Shown piece after piece: positions 13,744-25,246 of a DNA stretch of 64,000 nucleotides. The stretch covers positions 19,381,101 through 19,445,100 of the forward strand of contig NC_134025.1 of assembly GCF_964204645.1 (NCBI RefSeq), in the 5' to 3' direction. Made by a program: the position numbers and the translations under genes. Within the stretch, counting starts at the first letter, position 1. The number at the start of each line of letters is the position of its first letter. The notes below the pieces were generated by a model. That model was not told the origin of the DNA and did no database searches. It worked only from the letters and a program-made list of their open reading frames with translations. The DNA comes from Tubulanus polymorphus. Lineage: Eukaryota; Animalia; Nemertea.

Positions 13744-13881
13744 ATGGAAGATTTCATTCCAACTGGAAAAAGTGATTTAAAACATTATTTAGTTGCTGGA
13801 GGTTTAATTTTGGCTGCACTTTACTTTTATAATGAAAATATCAGTAAGGATTTCATGAATGAAAATATGAAATTAAGTTAG
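13744..13881 (+). CDS. Small putative single-TM protein of the AT-rich island (45 aa, possibly truncated by a frameshift)
   Basis: MEDFIPTGKSDLKHYLVAGGLILAALYFYNENISKDFMNENMKLS*; hydrophobic stretch YLVAGGLILAALYFY; taaATG context. Confidence 0.4.
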   Translation: MEDFIPTGKSDLKHYLVAGGLILAALYFYNENISKDFMNENMKLS

Positions 13882-14004
13882 AAATTAAAGAAATTTAATG
13901 GAAATCATAAAAATAAAAAGAAAAAGTTGATTTAGAAAATGATTTAGAGGATTAAGACAGCATCATTTAATTAAATCTATTTTATATATATTTTAACTAT
14001 AAAA

Positions 14005-14313
14005 ATGAGTGAAAATATATTAAATTTATCACACCTTATTTACCGAAATCAAGAGGATATTAAATTAATTATTATGATTTCAGGATTATTATCTATTTTA
14101 ATTTACTCATTAAAACAGCTGTTAGAATTCTATGATAACTGTAAAATTAGATACGCTGAATTAAAAGGTAATATCAATTTCCATCATGTCCCAGTGGGAC
14201 ATGATGGAAAACATCAGAATAAACTAGTTTTATCTTTTAACAGAATCGTATTAATGAGGTTTAACAATACAAATAGCCTAGGCTATGCGTTCGGCAGAAA
14301 AAGGAATAAATGA
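14005..14313 (+). CDS. Small putative single-TM protein of the AT-rich island; 3' part probably reads through the island junction
   Basis: Hydrophobic LIIMISGLLSILIYSL; aaaaATG context; runs through the 14178-14210 palindrome. Confidence 0.4.
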   Translation: MSENILNLSHLIYRNQEDIKLIIMISGLLSILIYSLKQLLEFYDNCKIRYAELKGNINFHHVPVGHDGKHQNKLVLSFNRIVLMRFNNTNSLGYAFGRKRNK

Positions 14314-14507
14314 AAATTTCAGCAATAATGAAAATCGTACTAACACAAATTGACCTTAAGTCTGTTGGTCTCCTAATCAACATCGTCATAGAACATTTGC
14401 AGGCAGATGTAATAATACATTAACCACTTATGTCGTTTTCATCTAATCTACCAATGCTTCAAGGCCTATGGGCCTCTTGTTCCCCTTTGCCCTAACATTT
14501 TCAATGG

Positions 14508-14687
14508 TACAGTATAACTCGCTTCATTCGGATTGGTTTTATTTGGATTTTCATTTATTTTGGATTTAAACTCCAGTCCCCTCTAGGTTATTTCTATTCA
14601 AGTGAGAGCACATAATTCGGATTTTATTTAATTCGGACGAAAATTTCCATTCCGAGGCGATCTGAATTTTTAAGCAATTTCTACTGT
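14508..14687. mobile_element. Tc1/mariner-like MITE
   Basis: TA-CAGTA..TACTG-TA ends with internal (a)ttcgga repeats. Confidence 0.55.
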
Positions 14688-15457
14688 AATATCTGTTCTC
14701 CAACTAATTAAAACGGCATAAGTGTCGCATTATGGTACAGGTAGCTAGCTCGAAAATTAGCTCATTTCTTCAAGTCGCTGCAGTTGGCAGTGAAATTGGC
14801 GTAACATAGGCAGTGAATTTGGGGCAGTGGCACAATGAACTTGAATGTTTTTATATTGCCTGAAATAATGTAAAGTTATCATTTATCTTAAAATCTATCT
14901 CTATATGTGCTGGTCACCAGGTACCTATCTGTTTTAATTGGTGTGAAAATGTGCTAGAATCTACTATAGATTGCGTAGTTCAGATAGTCATCATAAAAAA
15001 AACATTTCTTTAAAAAATAAAAGCCAGGGACTTTTAAATCTTATCAGATATGAATTTAATCCCGGGTAAAATAGTCGACATGGCATCTTGCAGACCAGTG
15101 ATAACTATCTGTTAGCAAATACAACAATGCTCACTCCGGTTTGGTTCAACCTAAGTTTGGTACTGTGAATACGGCTATAAGGTCTTGTATGCTTCAGAGT
15201 ACTAGATAATCTGCCGCCAAGGTCTTGCATGCTATGCATGATTGAGATAGACAGTAAAACTCGTATTTGGTTATCATGATATCTAGCCAGAGTAGACATG
15301 AGTTCCATCCCATTGGTTGTGTCAGCTCAATATGAAAACAACTGGTGGCATAACTAGTATCCTCTGTATTGGGAGTGTTTATTGATTTCACGAACGGTAA
15401 TGCTAGGCAAATACTGGTCAGTTGAGTGTCAGTTTGACAATTTTCATACAGTAGTTA

Positions 15458-15525
15458 ACAATAATAATAATAATTTATTTTCTTATATAGTGCACTTCTA
15501 CAAAGTGTTATCAGTGCATTTTACA
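15458..15525 (-). mobile_element. 3' tail of an L2/CR1-type LINE
   Basis: Reverse complement reads tgtaaaatgcactg..agtgcactatataagaaaataaattattattatt, the typical L2 3' stem-loop plus (TTA)n tail. Confidence 0.45.
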
Positions 15526-17250
15526 TCAGTATAAAATAAATATGAGCTGATAAAATTGTAATCTATAACATGGAGAATGACTATCAAGTTAGAATTTATG
15601 GGTGTCTAAGATTAATTGCAGTCATAAACTAATTCCAGTTATAAAACACTATCACTTAAGTCCACTCTAAGAATTAATCCAGTATCGTAAAAAATTATTC
15701 CAGGGCGAAAATTAGTCTTAAAATCTAGTAATCCAGAATCACATTTTATCGGGAACTCTTCAAATGTGGTGCCTAGCTATATGGCGCGACCTTGACCCAC
15801 CTAGTTCAATTTTGTTGAGTTCGGATGTTTGTTGAAATATTTTATGATACTATATATGAGATGTATAACATCTATCTCAAGACCTTTTTAATTACTTGGA
15901 GTACAGATTTTTTCAGAAAAAAGTGAAGGGATAAGAGAAAAAATTTAAGAAAACATTTTTTCATTACCGGTATCACAAATCTTTTTAAGTGGAAGGAAAA
16001 GGGAAAAGAGAAAAGTGATTTTTTGGATTATTTGACTATTTTCCAAATCTTGGAAGAACTGCAGGGAAGTAATAATAAATGCAAGTTAAAATTGTATTGA
16101 GTTTGAATCAAATGATGTGAGAAACAAAAGACAACTAACTTTATGTAAATATGGTAAAATCTCTCGGCAAACACTTATGGTTGAGGGCAAAATGTTCATT
16201 AAGAGTAGTGATGACTGTAGAAAGGGTTCACTTAACTGATGAATTTGAAAATTTGTGTTGTTTCTGAGAGAAAAATGTTCATTTTGGGAGGTGTTCACTT
16301 TTTAGAGGCGTTCACTAAGGAGGTTTTAGTGTAATCAGATCGAAAAGTAAGGTGGAAAATATCTAGAAAAACAATATTTTTTGAAAAACTATGAGGAAAG
16401 CTCGACGTAGGTAAAAAAACTTTATCATGTAATACCTTTTGGCTGAAATTGGGATGTGGATGGGGTACTGTATTGGGGTACCTTAAATCTAATCTTGTAC
16501 ATGCTCTTTTAAGAATAGTCTTTCACCCACAGAGGAAGTTGTCTTTTCATATTAAAAACAAGTGTCTATTCTTACTAAAACTGATCCAAAATCTGAAATG
16601 CACCTTGGATGTTTGAATGGCGCACAGTGCTCTACGAAACCAGTCTAAAGCTGCATTGAGGTTGTTTCCTATTCAGTAACATAGCTGTAACTAAAGTGGG
16701 TTCGATTCCCGCTATTTTATCATTTCAACATAGGCTACATGGAGAATTATATTTTTAGAAAAATCTCCTTGTGCGATACATATTGAGTCCTATCCCACTT
16801 CAATTCACATCCTTTGTGTAAATTGCAATCTGTGAAAAACGCATGGTAGCAAAAATACATGACATACGGATTTTTGAGGTACTCCAATCTACTACCCCAT
16901 GTTTTGTCCTGACTTGCAGTGGATCAAGTAGCTTAATTTGAAAAAGGGCTGAATTATGTAACATCGGATTGGATATTGCTCAAGTAGGATCTTTTTGGAC
17001 TTTAAAATGTCTGACTAGAGTGATAAGTGACCTGTTTCTTATGCAGTAATATGCAAAAATTTAGTTCATTGTTAGAATTGTAATAAAGATTATGTTCGGT
17101 TTTCCACATCTCTCGATCATTTGCCATAGTGGTCCAAGGAATAAGATAGGTGGCTAATGGGGGGTTGACTGAAGATTGTATTTTACACCTGCCAAATCCT
17201 GCCGAAACAGAGAAAGATGGTCATTGATATTTTGCCTGATTTCCTTGTAG

Positions 17251-17451
17251 GGTATTCGTCCAGCTCCAGGTTATCCAAGTCAGCCAGATCATACTGAAAA
17301 AGAAACAATGTGGCGATTGTGTCAGGCATACAACGTGAATATCAAATTAACAGAATCTTTAGCAATGGATCCAGCTGCCTCAGTGTCGGGCTTGTACTTC
17401 AGTCATCCAAAGTCAACGTACTTTGCAGTAGGAAAAATGCAGAAAGACCAA
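17251..17451 (+). CDS. MTR: Methionine synthase penultimate exon, after a 12.4-kb intron
   Basis: tgtag|..|gtaagt; [23 protein letters not shown]...[30 protein letters not shown] (hallmark [12 protein letters not shown]-binding motif). Confidence 0.96.
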
Positions 17452-17528
17452 GTAAGTTAAATTCTGAGAAACTTCCATACATTATGTTACTTGTACACAT
17501 TCTTAAGAATTCTAATCTGTTCTTTCAG

Positions 17529-17618
17529 CTTCTAGACTATGCCGCACGAAAATCCCAACCAGTAGGAACATTGGAAAGATGGCTCGCTCCAAATCTTGCT
17601 TACGATCCTGACTATTAA
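17529..17618 (+). CDS. MTR: Methionine synthase last coding exon
   Basis: ttcag| LLDYAARKSQPVGTLERWLAPNLAYDPDY*, matching the MTR C-terminus. Confidence 0.93.
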   Translation, partial: LLDYAARKSQPVGTLERWLAPNLAYDPDY

Positions 17619-17706
17619 CTATCTGTCTGTTGTGTGATACATTCTAGATAGTCTACACATACTTGACATGTTTTTTATTTATCACTTCAATTTCTTTATG
17701 GTATGC

Positions 17707-18926
17707 CAGTGATGGATCTAGGGGGTGTCATGCGTTCCATTTTAGGCCAGCTGTAGGCTGAGCCCATTACTATACAAATGGAGCGAATTTAAATGACATG
17801 GTTTCCAGAGCAAAGGCTCTTTTACTGTGCAACTTTTTACTGTGCAACTGAGCATATATTCATACAAATCATTCATTAAAGCATTATCCATTCTCCAAAC
17901 TCTACATAGCTGAATTTTGAAAGAGGGCCTTGTTAGAATTTACATGAGCTTTTTCGCGAACATCTGATTGCAAAAATATTGGTTTTGAAAAGCCAATCAG
18001 AAAGCAAAGACTCCTCTATGATTGGCTTAGCCGCAGAAATCAGCAGGTGTTCACGTGAACCCGCGGTATCGTCTACCGTTTTACTTCCGGGTTTTATTTC
18101 AAGATCTAAAATTGTATTTCAAGATCGATTTCTGTGAAAGCTTTAGTTGATTTGGTTTTTGGGAGGAATATTTTTATAAGCGCTACAGAAAATATCATTG
18201 ACCATTGTGCAAAGTCCTGAAAAAATAGCTTTTTCTTAAATCGGATAGATGACCTTGATATGCTAATTAGCCATGTGCTCAAACTACAAATTCAATCAAA
18301 TTTTATTCTGCAAAAAATATTGAATCCTATTCAATTTTACTTTATTAAACAAAATAAAACATCAAATCCAATTCAATTTTGTTTTATTGAGCAAATTTCA
18401 GAAAATTCATTTCTATTCCGCATTAAAATCAATTAGACCAAGGGAAAAGATTTATCTGAGGTATTTGTTCCTGCCAGATCCAGTCGCTGTCTGTGCTACT
18501 TTTGTATTCTACGATTGTATTGTGTAAATTATTAGGTATTGGCTCTTGAGCTGGGAGTGTATTTTGACAAATTTAACCCACAGAATGCATCATCATTTGC
18601 CATTTTATGAAAAGCTGATAGGCTGGCCATAGTGCCCCTTGGGGCTCTTTTCTTGATTCTGCCAAGTGACCTTGAAATTTTCTCCCCAAGACTTTTGATT
18701 AGAAAATAGTGAAATTGTTAGCAAATAACATTCCTAATTATAACCTGGAACATGCTCAGAATGCTCCAAAATGCATCTAATTTTTCAAGATTCAGACCCC
18801 ATTTTGGTGCTCCGCGCCTGAGGGGCTTGCAGATGACAGATGCGCCGTCATTATGGGCCACAAATGCGTGTAATTAGTGACCCAATACTTCATGTGCCCT
18901 ATTCCTAAAAGCTAGATCTGCCCCTG
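17707..18926. mobile_element. hAT5-like non-autonomous element just 3' of the MTR stop, carrying a nested HINE-like copy (17740-18531)
   Basis: TIR cagtgatggatctag / ctagatctgcccctg; 5-bp TSD tatgc at 17702-17706 and 18927-18931. Confidence 0.75.
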
Positions 18927-19597
18927 TATGCCTTCATGATCGAGGTGTCTACTGTCTGAAATGAAATGTACCGGTAGGGTTCAGATACATAGGTTTCCTG
19001 ATCTCCAAGAAATTTCCTATGATGTAAACTATTATACACAATTCACAACTGTTTCAAAATCTTTCCCTTTTAGATATATGCAGACTAGAGATATTCATAT
19101 CAAACATTGTTTTTATTGATATTAGTGCTGCATTGCATCATCATTTATGTTATGAAAAGAGATATAATAAGATCATTTATTTATTAAAATTCGTGGTTTG
19201 TTTACAATTTATCTCTGGAATGGACAAGTTTTCTGCTGCATGTGGAACTATATATTGCGCTGCTACAAGAGAACTGGCTGCAGTCGTCGTTTGTCGCCTA
19301 GCAACGTATCTCAATCGATTCTGAATTATAGATGATGTTGCCGTTGTTGTTGGGTCACTCCATTCTACAGATTGCAACGCCTAAACGCTGGTGCAAACAT
19401 CGAATGAAAACGATACTTGTGAGAGAAAAATTCCTACATGTATTACGTCCATTGATAAAATAAAATTGATTATTTCTGACATTAAATCGTCATTGGTACG
19501 GTGAATAAAAACGTTGATCATTTTCGTTCATCACCTCCGGATCCTACTATTGGACTCGCCTAAATACTGCTGCTGCTGAGGATGGGAAGACTTCGAT

Positions 19598-19703
19598 TGA
19601 CGTCATAACAGTAGGCCTTCATTGAATAAATAATCATCCAACGCCATTAGGTATCCCGACATTTATCCAAACTGATAGTTCTTGGTCTTAAGATATCTGA
19701 AAG
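19598..19703 (+). promoter_or_regulatory. Candidate 7B2 promoter and non-coding first exon: palindromic CRE plus a strong donor site
   Basis: TGACGTCA at 19598-19605, AT-rich element ~20 bp downstream, aag|gtaagt donor at 19703/19704; the 7B2 ATG exon has an acceptor 5 nt upstream of its ATG, implying an upstream UTR exon. Confidence 0.45.
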
Positions 19704-21044
19704 GTAAGTTAAACTTTTAAGAATGTAATACATGTAACATATACGTTTATAATTAGAATTTATATGTAATCATCTAATGTTGATAATGCTTTCCTTAAAT
19801 TACTTTTTTTCAGTGTATACAATGAAACCTAAATAAAAACGGATAATACTTTTGACAATAATACTTAGTACATAGATAGGTACACAGATATTTTGCTATT
19901 TCTTCTAAGCTATATTTCCTCATAGAAATTTTCAGAAATACGATAATATCATTTTTATGCATGTTACTAGCTAAAAGTCACACGTACAGAATATTGTCAT
20001 TTTTATGCACGTAGCTTGGTCAAAGTCATTGATTATCCAAGGTGAATATTGTGAAAAACATCACAGAAAATCTGAAATTTTTGAAAACTACTATAAGTTT
20101 TTTAACATAAGAATATTGAAGTGTTTTGTTGAATATTGCTGTGAAATCAAATTTGGAGGATTTTTACCAGGGGGATTTTTACCGGGGGATTGTTACCTGT
20201 TACCGTACAATCAATGTACGAGGTTATTGTACACTGTAAAGTATCAGTTACTTACAAACGATGTGAAACGTTTTTGCTGAATAAAGTTTTGAATTCTAAT
20301 CGGATTGTATAATAGGGGTATTAATGGTGAGAAACAGACCACTTTTCAGCCTTGTTTCGTGACATCCGTTTTTCAAATGCTGGCTTCGGTAAACCGAGTT
20401 TCGGAGCAACGCACACCAGGCATGAAACAAGCCAAAAAGGTGTTTTTGAGGTTTTTAATCCAGTGTGCGTTCGGCTTAGTTTGTTTATTTGAGGAAACGT
20501 GGACCTCAAGCCAATATCATTTGGTTCTTTTTAATTGAATCAGTATCAAGCGAATATGCCCAATCTATTTCAGTGATTAACATATTATACCTATTACGTG
20601 TATGCCCAATCATTTAGATTACCTTTTAAAATATTTCGCACTGTTTTCCAGAAATTGAGAAAGGAAAGATTGCATTCTAGCGTTATAATGGAATTGGTTG
20701 TCATAAAAGCACCATAATTTCCATTAGAAAAGGATTATCCTGAATACTTATTTCCTGTATGGACATAAGACCAGAACATGAAGCTCATGGAGACGACAGT
20801 TCGAAATTCTGATGTTAATTGACGTGTAGTAACTGAAACGTACGTTCGCCTACGTATAATCTCTCATGAGCCAGGCCACCGCTCTGGTGAAGTTAAAATA
20901 TTTGTATGCGCGGTTGTCATAGAAACACTGATAAAATGACAGACCAAAACCAGGTTATTCGCGTTACTACCTATCTTCAGATTCGTTAAAATCTTTGAGC
21001 TTGAAACCATTTTCTCTGCATTATTGTGCTTTGTAGCCTATGTA

Positions 21045-23247
21045 CAGTGGAACCTCGTTACATCGAACTTCAAGACACCAGAAAATATGTTCGTTATAAC
21101 CGATAGTTCGTTATATCCAGTATGAAATTAATTAAGTTTTCTTACCTCTGGGATGAAATTCTATATTTATTATATATATCCGATGAATCGTTGTATCCGA
21201 GTTCGTTATAACGAGGTTGATTTGATTTGATTTGATCTGAACACGTTATTTTTCAAATATAATTTACAGCATAGTGTACAAAGCATAATACAAAATACAG
21301 TAAATTAGACCTGGAGGGGCCTGTAGAAACTAAGGAATAGTTTGTATAAAACAGGTCCCTCAAAAGAGAAAAAAAAGAGAAATGCAATAAAGAAAATAAT
21401 ATGCTCACAGTCAACCCTTAACACACAAAATGCAATCAAAGTAAACTATGATAACAGCTTGATTAAGATATAATCATTTAATAAGCCAGTTATTTTCTGA
21501 AATATTCCAAAAACAATAATTTTAGTTCGAATAACTGTATGATAAAATCAAGCACAAAGTTGCTTTCTATAATTTCTTAGGAACAGTTTAGAATTTTCCA
21601 TGTTTTTTAGATTTTCACTGATGTTATTCCAAAGTAAAGGGCCGGATACTTTTACTGAAAATTTTCTTCTTAGACTATTGAAAGAAAGTGTTTGTAAATC
21701 TTGACGTCGCCGAGTATTGTGACTGTGGATTTGAAAATTTTGGCTCCAATAATTTTCGAATGATTTCGGTAATTCGGAGTGGACAGATCTGTAGATAAAA
21801 GTACCTAGCTGAAGTTTATTAACATCTTTGAGCTTGAGGATATTAAACGATTTGAATATAGGGTCAGTGTGCGCCAAATAATAGGAATTAGAAATTAGCC
21901 TGATAGCTCTTTTTTGCAATACAATTAATGGCTGAAGTTTATTTTCAAAATTTCGTCCCCAAACTAAGTTACAATACTGGAGGTAAGGATCAATAAGCGA
22001 CAAATAAAGGGTACGAAGAGAACTCACTGGCAGCTTATATCTTACTCTATTTATTATACCAATGCTTCGAGAAACTTTTTTTTCAACTGATTTTATTTGA
22101 TCGTCCCAGGTTAGATTTCTGTCAATAAAAACTCCAAGAAAATTTGTGACATTGACTTGTTTGATCTCTATGTTGTTAATTGATATTCTCAAGTTATGTT
22201 TCAATAGTTTACCGAACACCAGAAATGACGTCTTCTTTACATTTAATGACAGCTTGTTTGTTTGAAACCAGGTATACAATTTTGATAATTCAATGTTTAC
22301 TGTACGTACTAGTCTGTCTAAATTAATGTCACTATAAAAGGCATTTGTGTCATCGGCAAACAATATAAGTTTTAACACATTAGAAAATTTAATACAGTCG
22401 TTTACATATAATAAAAAAAGCAAGGGACCTAAAATTGAGCCTTGGGGTACTCCAGTTTTAACGGTACATAACGAGGATTTATAATTTTGAATTTGAACAA
22501 ATTGTTATCTATTCTTCAAATAGTTTTCAAACCAGTTGTTAGAGATGCCTCTTATTCCATAAAAACATAATTTTCTTAATAAGATTTCGTGATCAACGGT
22601 GTCAAAGGCTTTTGATAAATCTAAGAATACCCCAATAGTTGATTTGTTTTCTTCTAAATTTAGTGAAATTTCATCAGTTATCAATGTTAAGGCCATGGCA
22701 GTTGAATGGTTCTTTCGAAAGCCGAACTGGTTTGGTTGAATGATATGAAACTTGTTACAATATTCGGTTAATCGATTATACACTATCTTTTCGAGAATTT
22801 TAGAAAAGCAAGGCAGTACGGATATCGGTCTGTAATTATCAAAAGAGTCATTATTGCCAGCTTTATAGAGTGGACGTATTCGCGCTACCTTCAGTTCAGC
22901 CGGCACTATACCGGAATTTAAGCTACAGTTAAATATATGAGTTAGCGGGTATTTTACAGAATCAATTATTTTCTTAACTACTTTTACAGAGAAACCATCA
23001 GCACCAGCGCCTTTGCTGGGTGAGAAATCATTTACAATCTAACTGATTTCATCAGGGTGGGTCGGGAGTAAGAAAAAGTTTTCATTTACTGGATCTGTCA
23101 GATATTCACTGAAGTGGACACCTGTATCTGGTATTTGATTGGCTAGGTTGCTACCAATATTTACAAAGAAAGAATTAAATTCATTAGCGATATATTCATA
23201 GCCGTTTACAATGATACCGTTCCTTTTGGAAGAGTCAGGTTCCACTG
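21045..23247. mobile_element. Tc1/mariner-like MITE (CAGTGGAACCTCG TIR) split by a LINE
   Basis: ta-cagtggaacctcgtta at 21045; the right TIR taacgaggtt|ccactg is split between 21218 and 23242; relatives at 26124-26509 and ~31269. Confidence 0.75.
21219..23236 (-). mobile_element. 5'-truncated non-LTR retrotransposon (CR1/L2-group) with reverse transcriptase remnant and premature stops
   Basis: ORFs 21548-22423, 22505-22906 and 23039-23245 carry YRPISVLP, QFGFR, FLDLSKAFDTVDH, GVPQGSILGP and LFADDT; (ATCAA)n 3' tail at ~21219-21237; flanked by aggtt on both sides. Confidence 0.92.
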
Positions 23248-23592
23248 TGTATATACATGTATTACAGTTTTGTTAGTCCGAGGAACATGATTAAAAGATT
23301 ATGATTCACAACTATTTTTTTCTGCGGGATTATTCCATTCAAAACAACATTTCTGTGACTTTTTTTAAATTCAACTGTTTTTCGTGAAATTCTCTATCAT
23401 GGTCTTTAACCTCTTTCAGAAAGATTAAGTCTGACATAATCCCATGTAAATAAAATGAGTCGCAAAAATGAAGTTTCAAAGAAATGAAATCGTGTTTCGT
23501 TTTGAAAAAAAGATTCACGCCCTAAAGTATGTCTATATTTTCATAGAAAATGTATAATTTATTCACATTTCTTATAACCAATTATAGGGACA

Positions 23593-24022
23593 ATGATTTC
23601 ACAGGCAATATTTGCGTCAGTATTTTTGGTGGCGGCCTGTCTAACGGCTGGGATGGGTGACGCCGGCTATGACAGCGATTTATACGGAGATGATAACATA
23701 TTACTACAGAATCAGTATCAGTGGTTGAAAAACCAGGGCTATTTCGACTATAACGACGCAATGGCTAGCGATAGCGAAGGAGATGATGATGATGATGATG
23801 TGGTACCGGCGTACAGTATTTATGATGACGATACGGATGTGGATCGAGGAGACTGGGACGGCGAACGAGACGATGATAGCGATTCAGACGAAGACTTCGA
23901 TAGTGCACAACATGCTGACCGAGACGATATGATCGAAAAAGAGACCCAACTGAGGTCAAATGATCCTCGAGATCCTGAAAAACTTCAACAAAGCAGTTTA
24001 TGGGGCACTCACTACGTTTCAG
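23593..24022 (+). CDS. SCG5: Neuroendocrine protein 7B2 (secretogranin V), first coding exon
   Basis: Signal peptide MISQAIFASVFLVAACLTAG, Asp-rich region, then RDPEKLQQSSLWGTHYVSG; cag|gtac donor. Confidence 0.9.
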
Positions 24023-24442
24023 GTACTTTTCGATTTTCGTGTCAAACAGTGTGTATGTTTATAATGTCGTAATCTTTCTTTAGGCTCATGTTGAACCATA
24101 TCTTAAAACTTCATCAATTGAAAATATTCAAAATTCGATTTTCGGGTAGTGGCTATTCATTTTCTTGGTCTGTCATGCGAATATCTTTCCCCGCTCAGAA
24201 AAAAATGGTCTGGACTGAGATCCGTTTATGGTGTCCAGTGGGATACATAATGTATGTAGGTTAGTTCAACACAGAAGTAACTATTCGACAACTGTTCAAA
24301 AAATATTTTCCAATACTCTCAAACTGCAATATATGTTTCCTAAAATCTGAAAGGTTTTGTGCTGCCCCAAAGCATCAGTTATGACTAAAATATGCCGCTT
24401 GACAATGGTTGTAGACAGTTTGTAATAAATCTCACTTTTCAG

Positions 24443-24571
24443 GTGGAGCTGGCGAAGGAAAACAGCACCTAAAACCGAATGGAGAAGAAGACAACAAACA
24501 AGAAGTAAAATCTGACGCTTCCTTACCAGCCTACTGCGAACCTCCTAACCCGTGTCCGAAGGGCTACAACG
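24443..24571 (+). CDS. SCG5: 7B2 exon
   Basis: GAGEGKQHLKP...LPAYCEPPNPCPKGY, containing the diagnostic PPNPCP motif. Confidence 0.95.
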
Positions 24572-24656
24572 GTATGTAGATGTGGTCCTTTCTTTCTACG
24601 TACGATGATACCGTCTGCTATCATAACGATAATTCGAAAAAAACATTTTATTTCAG

Positions 24657-24850
24657 AGGATAAAAATTGCGTGAAAGGTGTTGAGGACACTGCAGAATAC
24701 AATAGAAAATACATCCTCGACCAACAAGAGAGTGGGGTTTGCGCTTGCGATAGCGAACACATGAAACATTGCCCGGAAAATCAACCAAAAATCGACACCA
24801 AACAAGACGCAAACGCTGATCTTAAAGCTCTTCTGGAAGGTGAAAATCTG
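24657..24850 (+). CDS. SCG5: 7B2 exon
   Basis: CVKGVEDTAEYNRKY...CACDSEHMKHCP (DTAEF/DxEH motifs); canonical ag/gt boundaries, phase consistent. Confidence 0.92.
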
Positions 24851-25039
24851 GTAGGTTTACATACATCGGTTTACATCCCCTGAAATATATGTCATGTTAC
24901 CCGTCATTGATACATCGTCGATCGTGGTTTTAATCAGAAGCTTATGCCAAATTATTGGACAAAACTGGAGTTAAAGGAGTTAAATCCTATAGTTTATACG
25001 TCCAAACTGACATCATGTGATCTGAATGCATCTTTGCAG

Positions 25040-25114
25040 GGAAATCCATACGTAAAAGGAAATAAGCGAGACACATTGACAGCAAAGAAACGCCCAGCCA
25101 AACGCTTCAAGAGG
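25040..25114 (+). CDS. SCG5: 7B2 exon, first CT-like peptide
   Basis: GNPYVKGNKRDTLTAKKRPAKRFKR; gcag|..|gtaagt. Confidence 0.88.
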
Positions 25115-25246
25115 GTAAGTATAATGAGCTGACAAATTCGTATTCAAAGATCGTGATAATACATTATTCTATCGTTAAACTTGCAAACTTCGCCTATTTT
25201 CGGATGTATTTCTCTCTAAAAAAGCTTTCTAAACTCAATTTTACAG

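Noticed and set aside
17310-17618. 102-aa ORF from the ORF track taken as a single gene
   Set aside because: Only its last 29 residues are real (MTR last exon); the rest is an off-frame reading of the previous exon plus intron.
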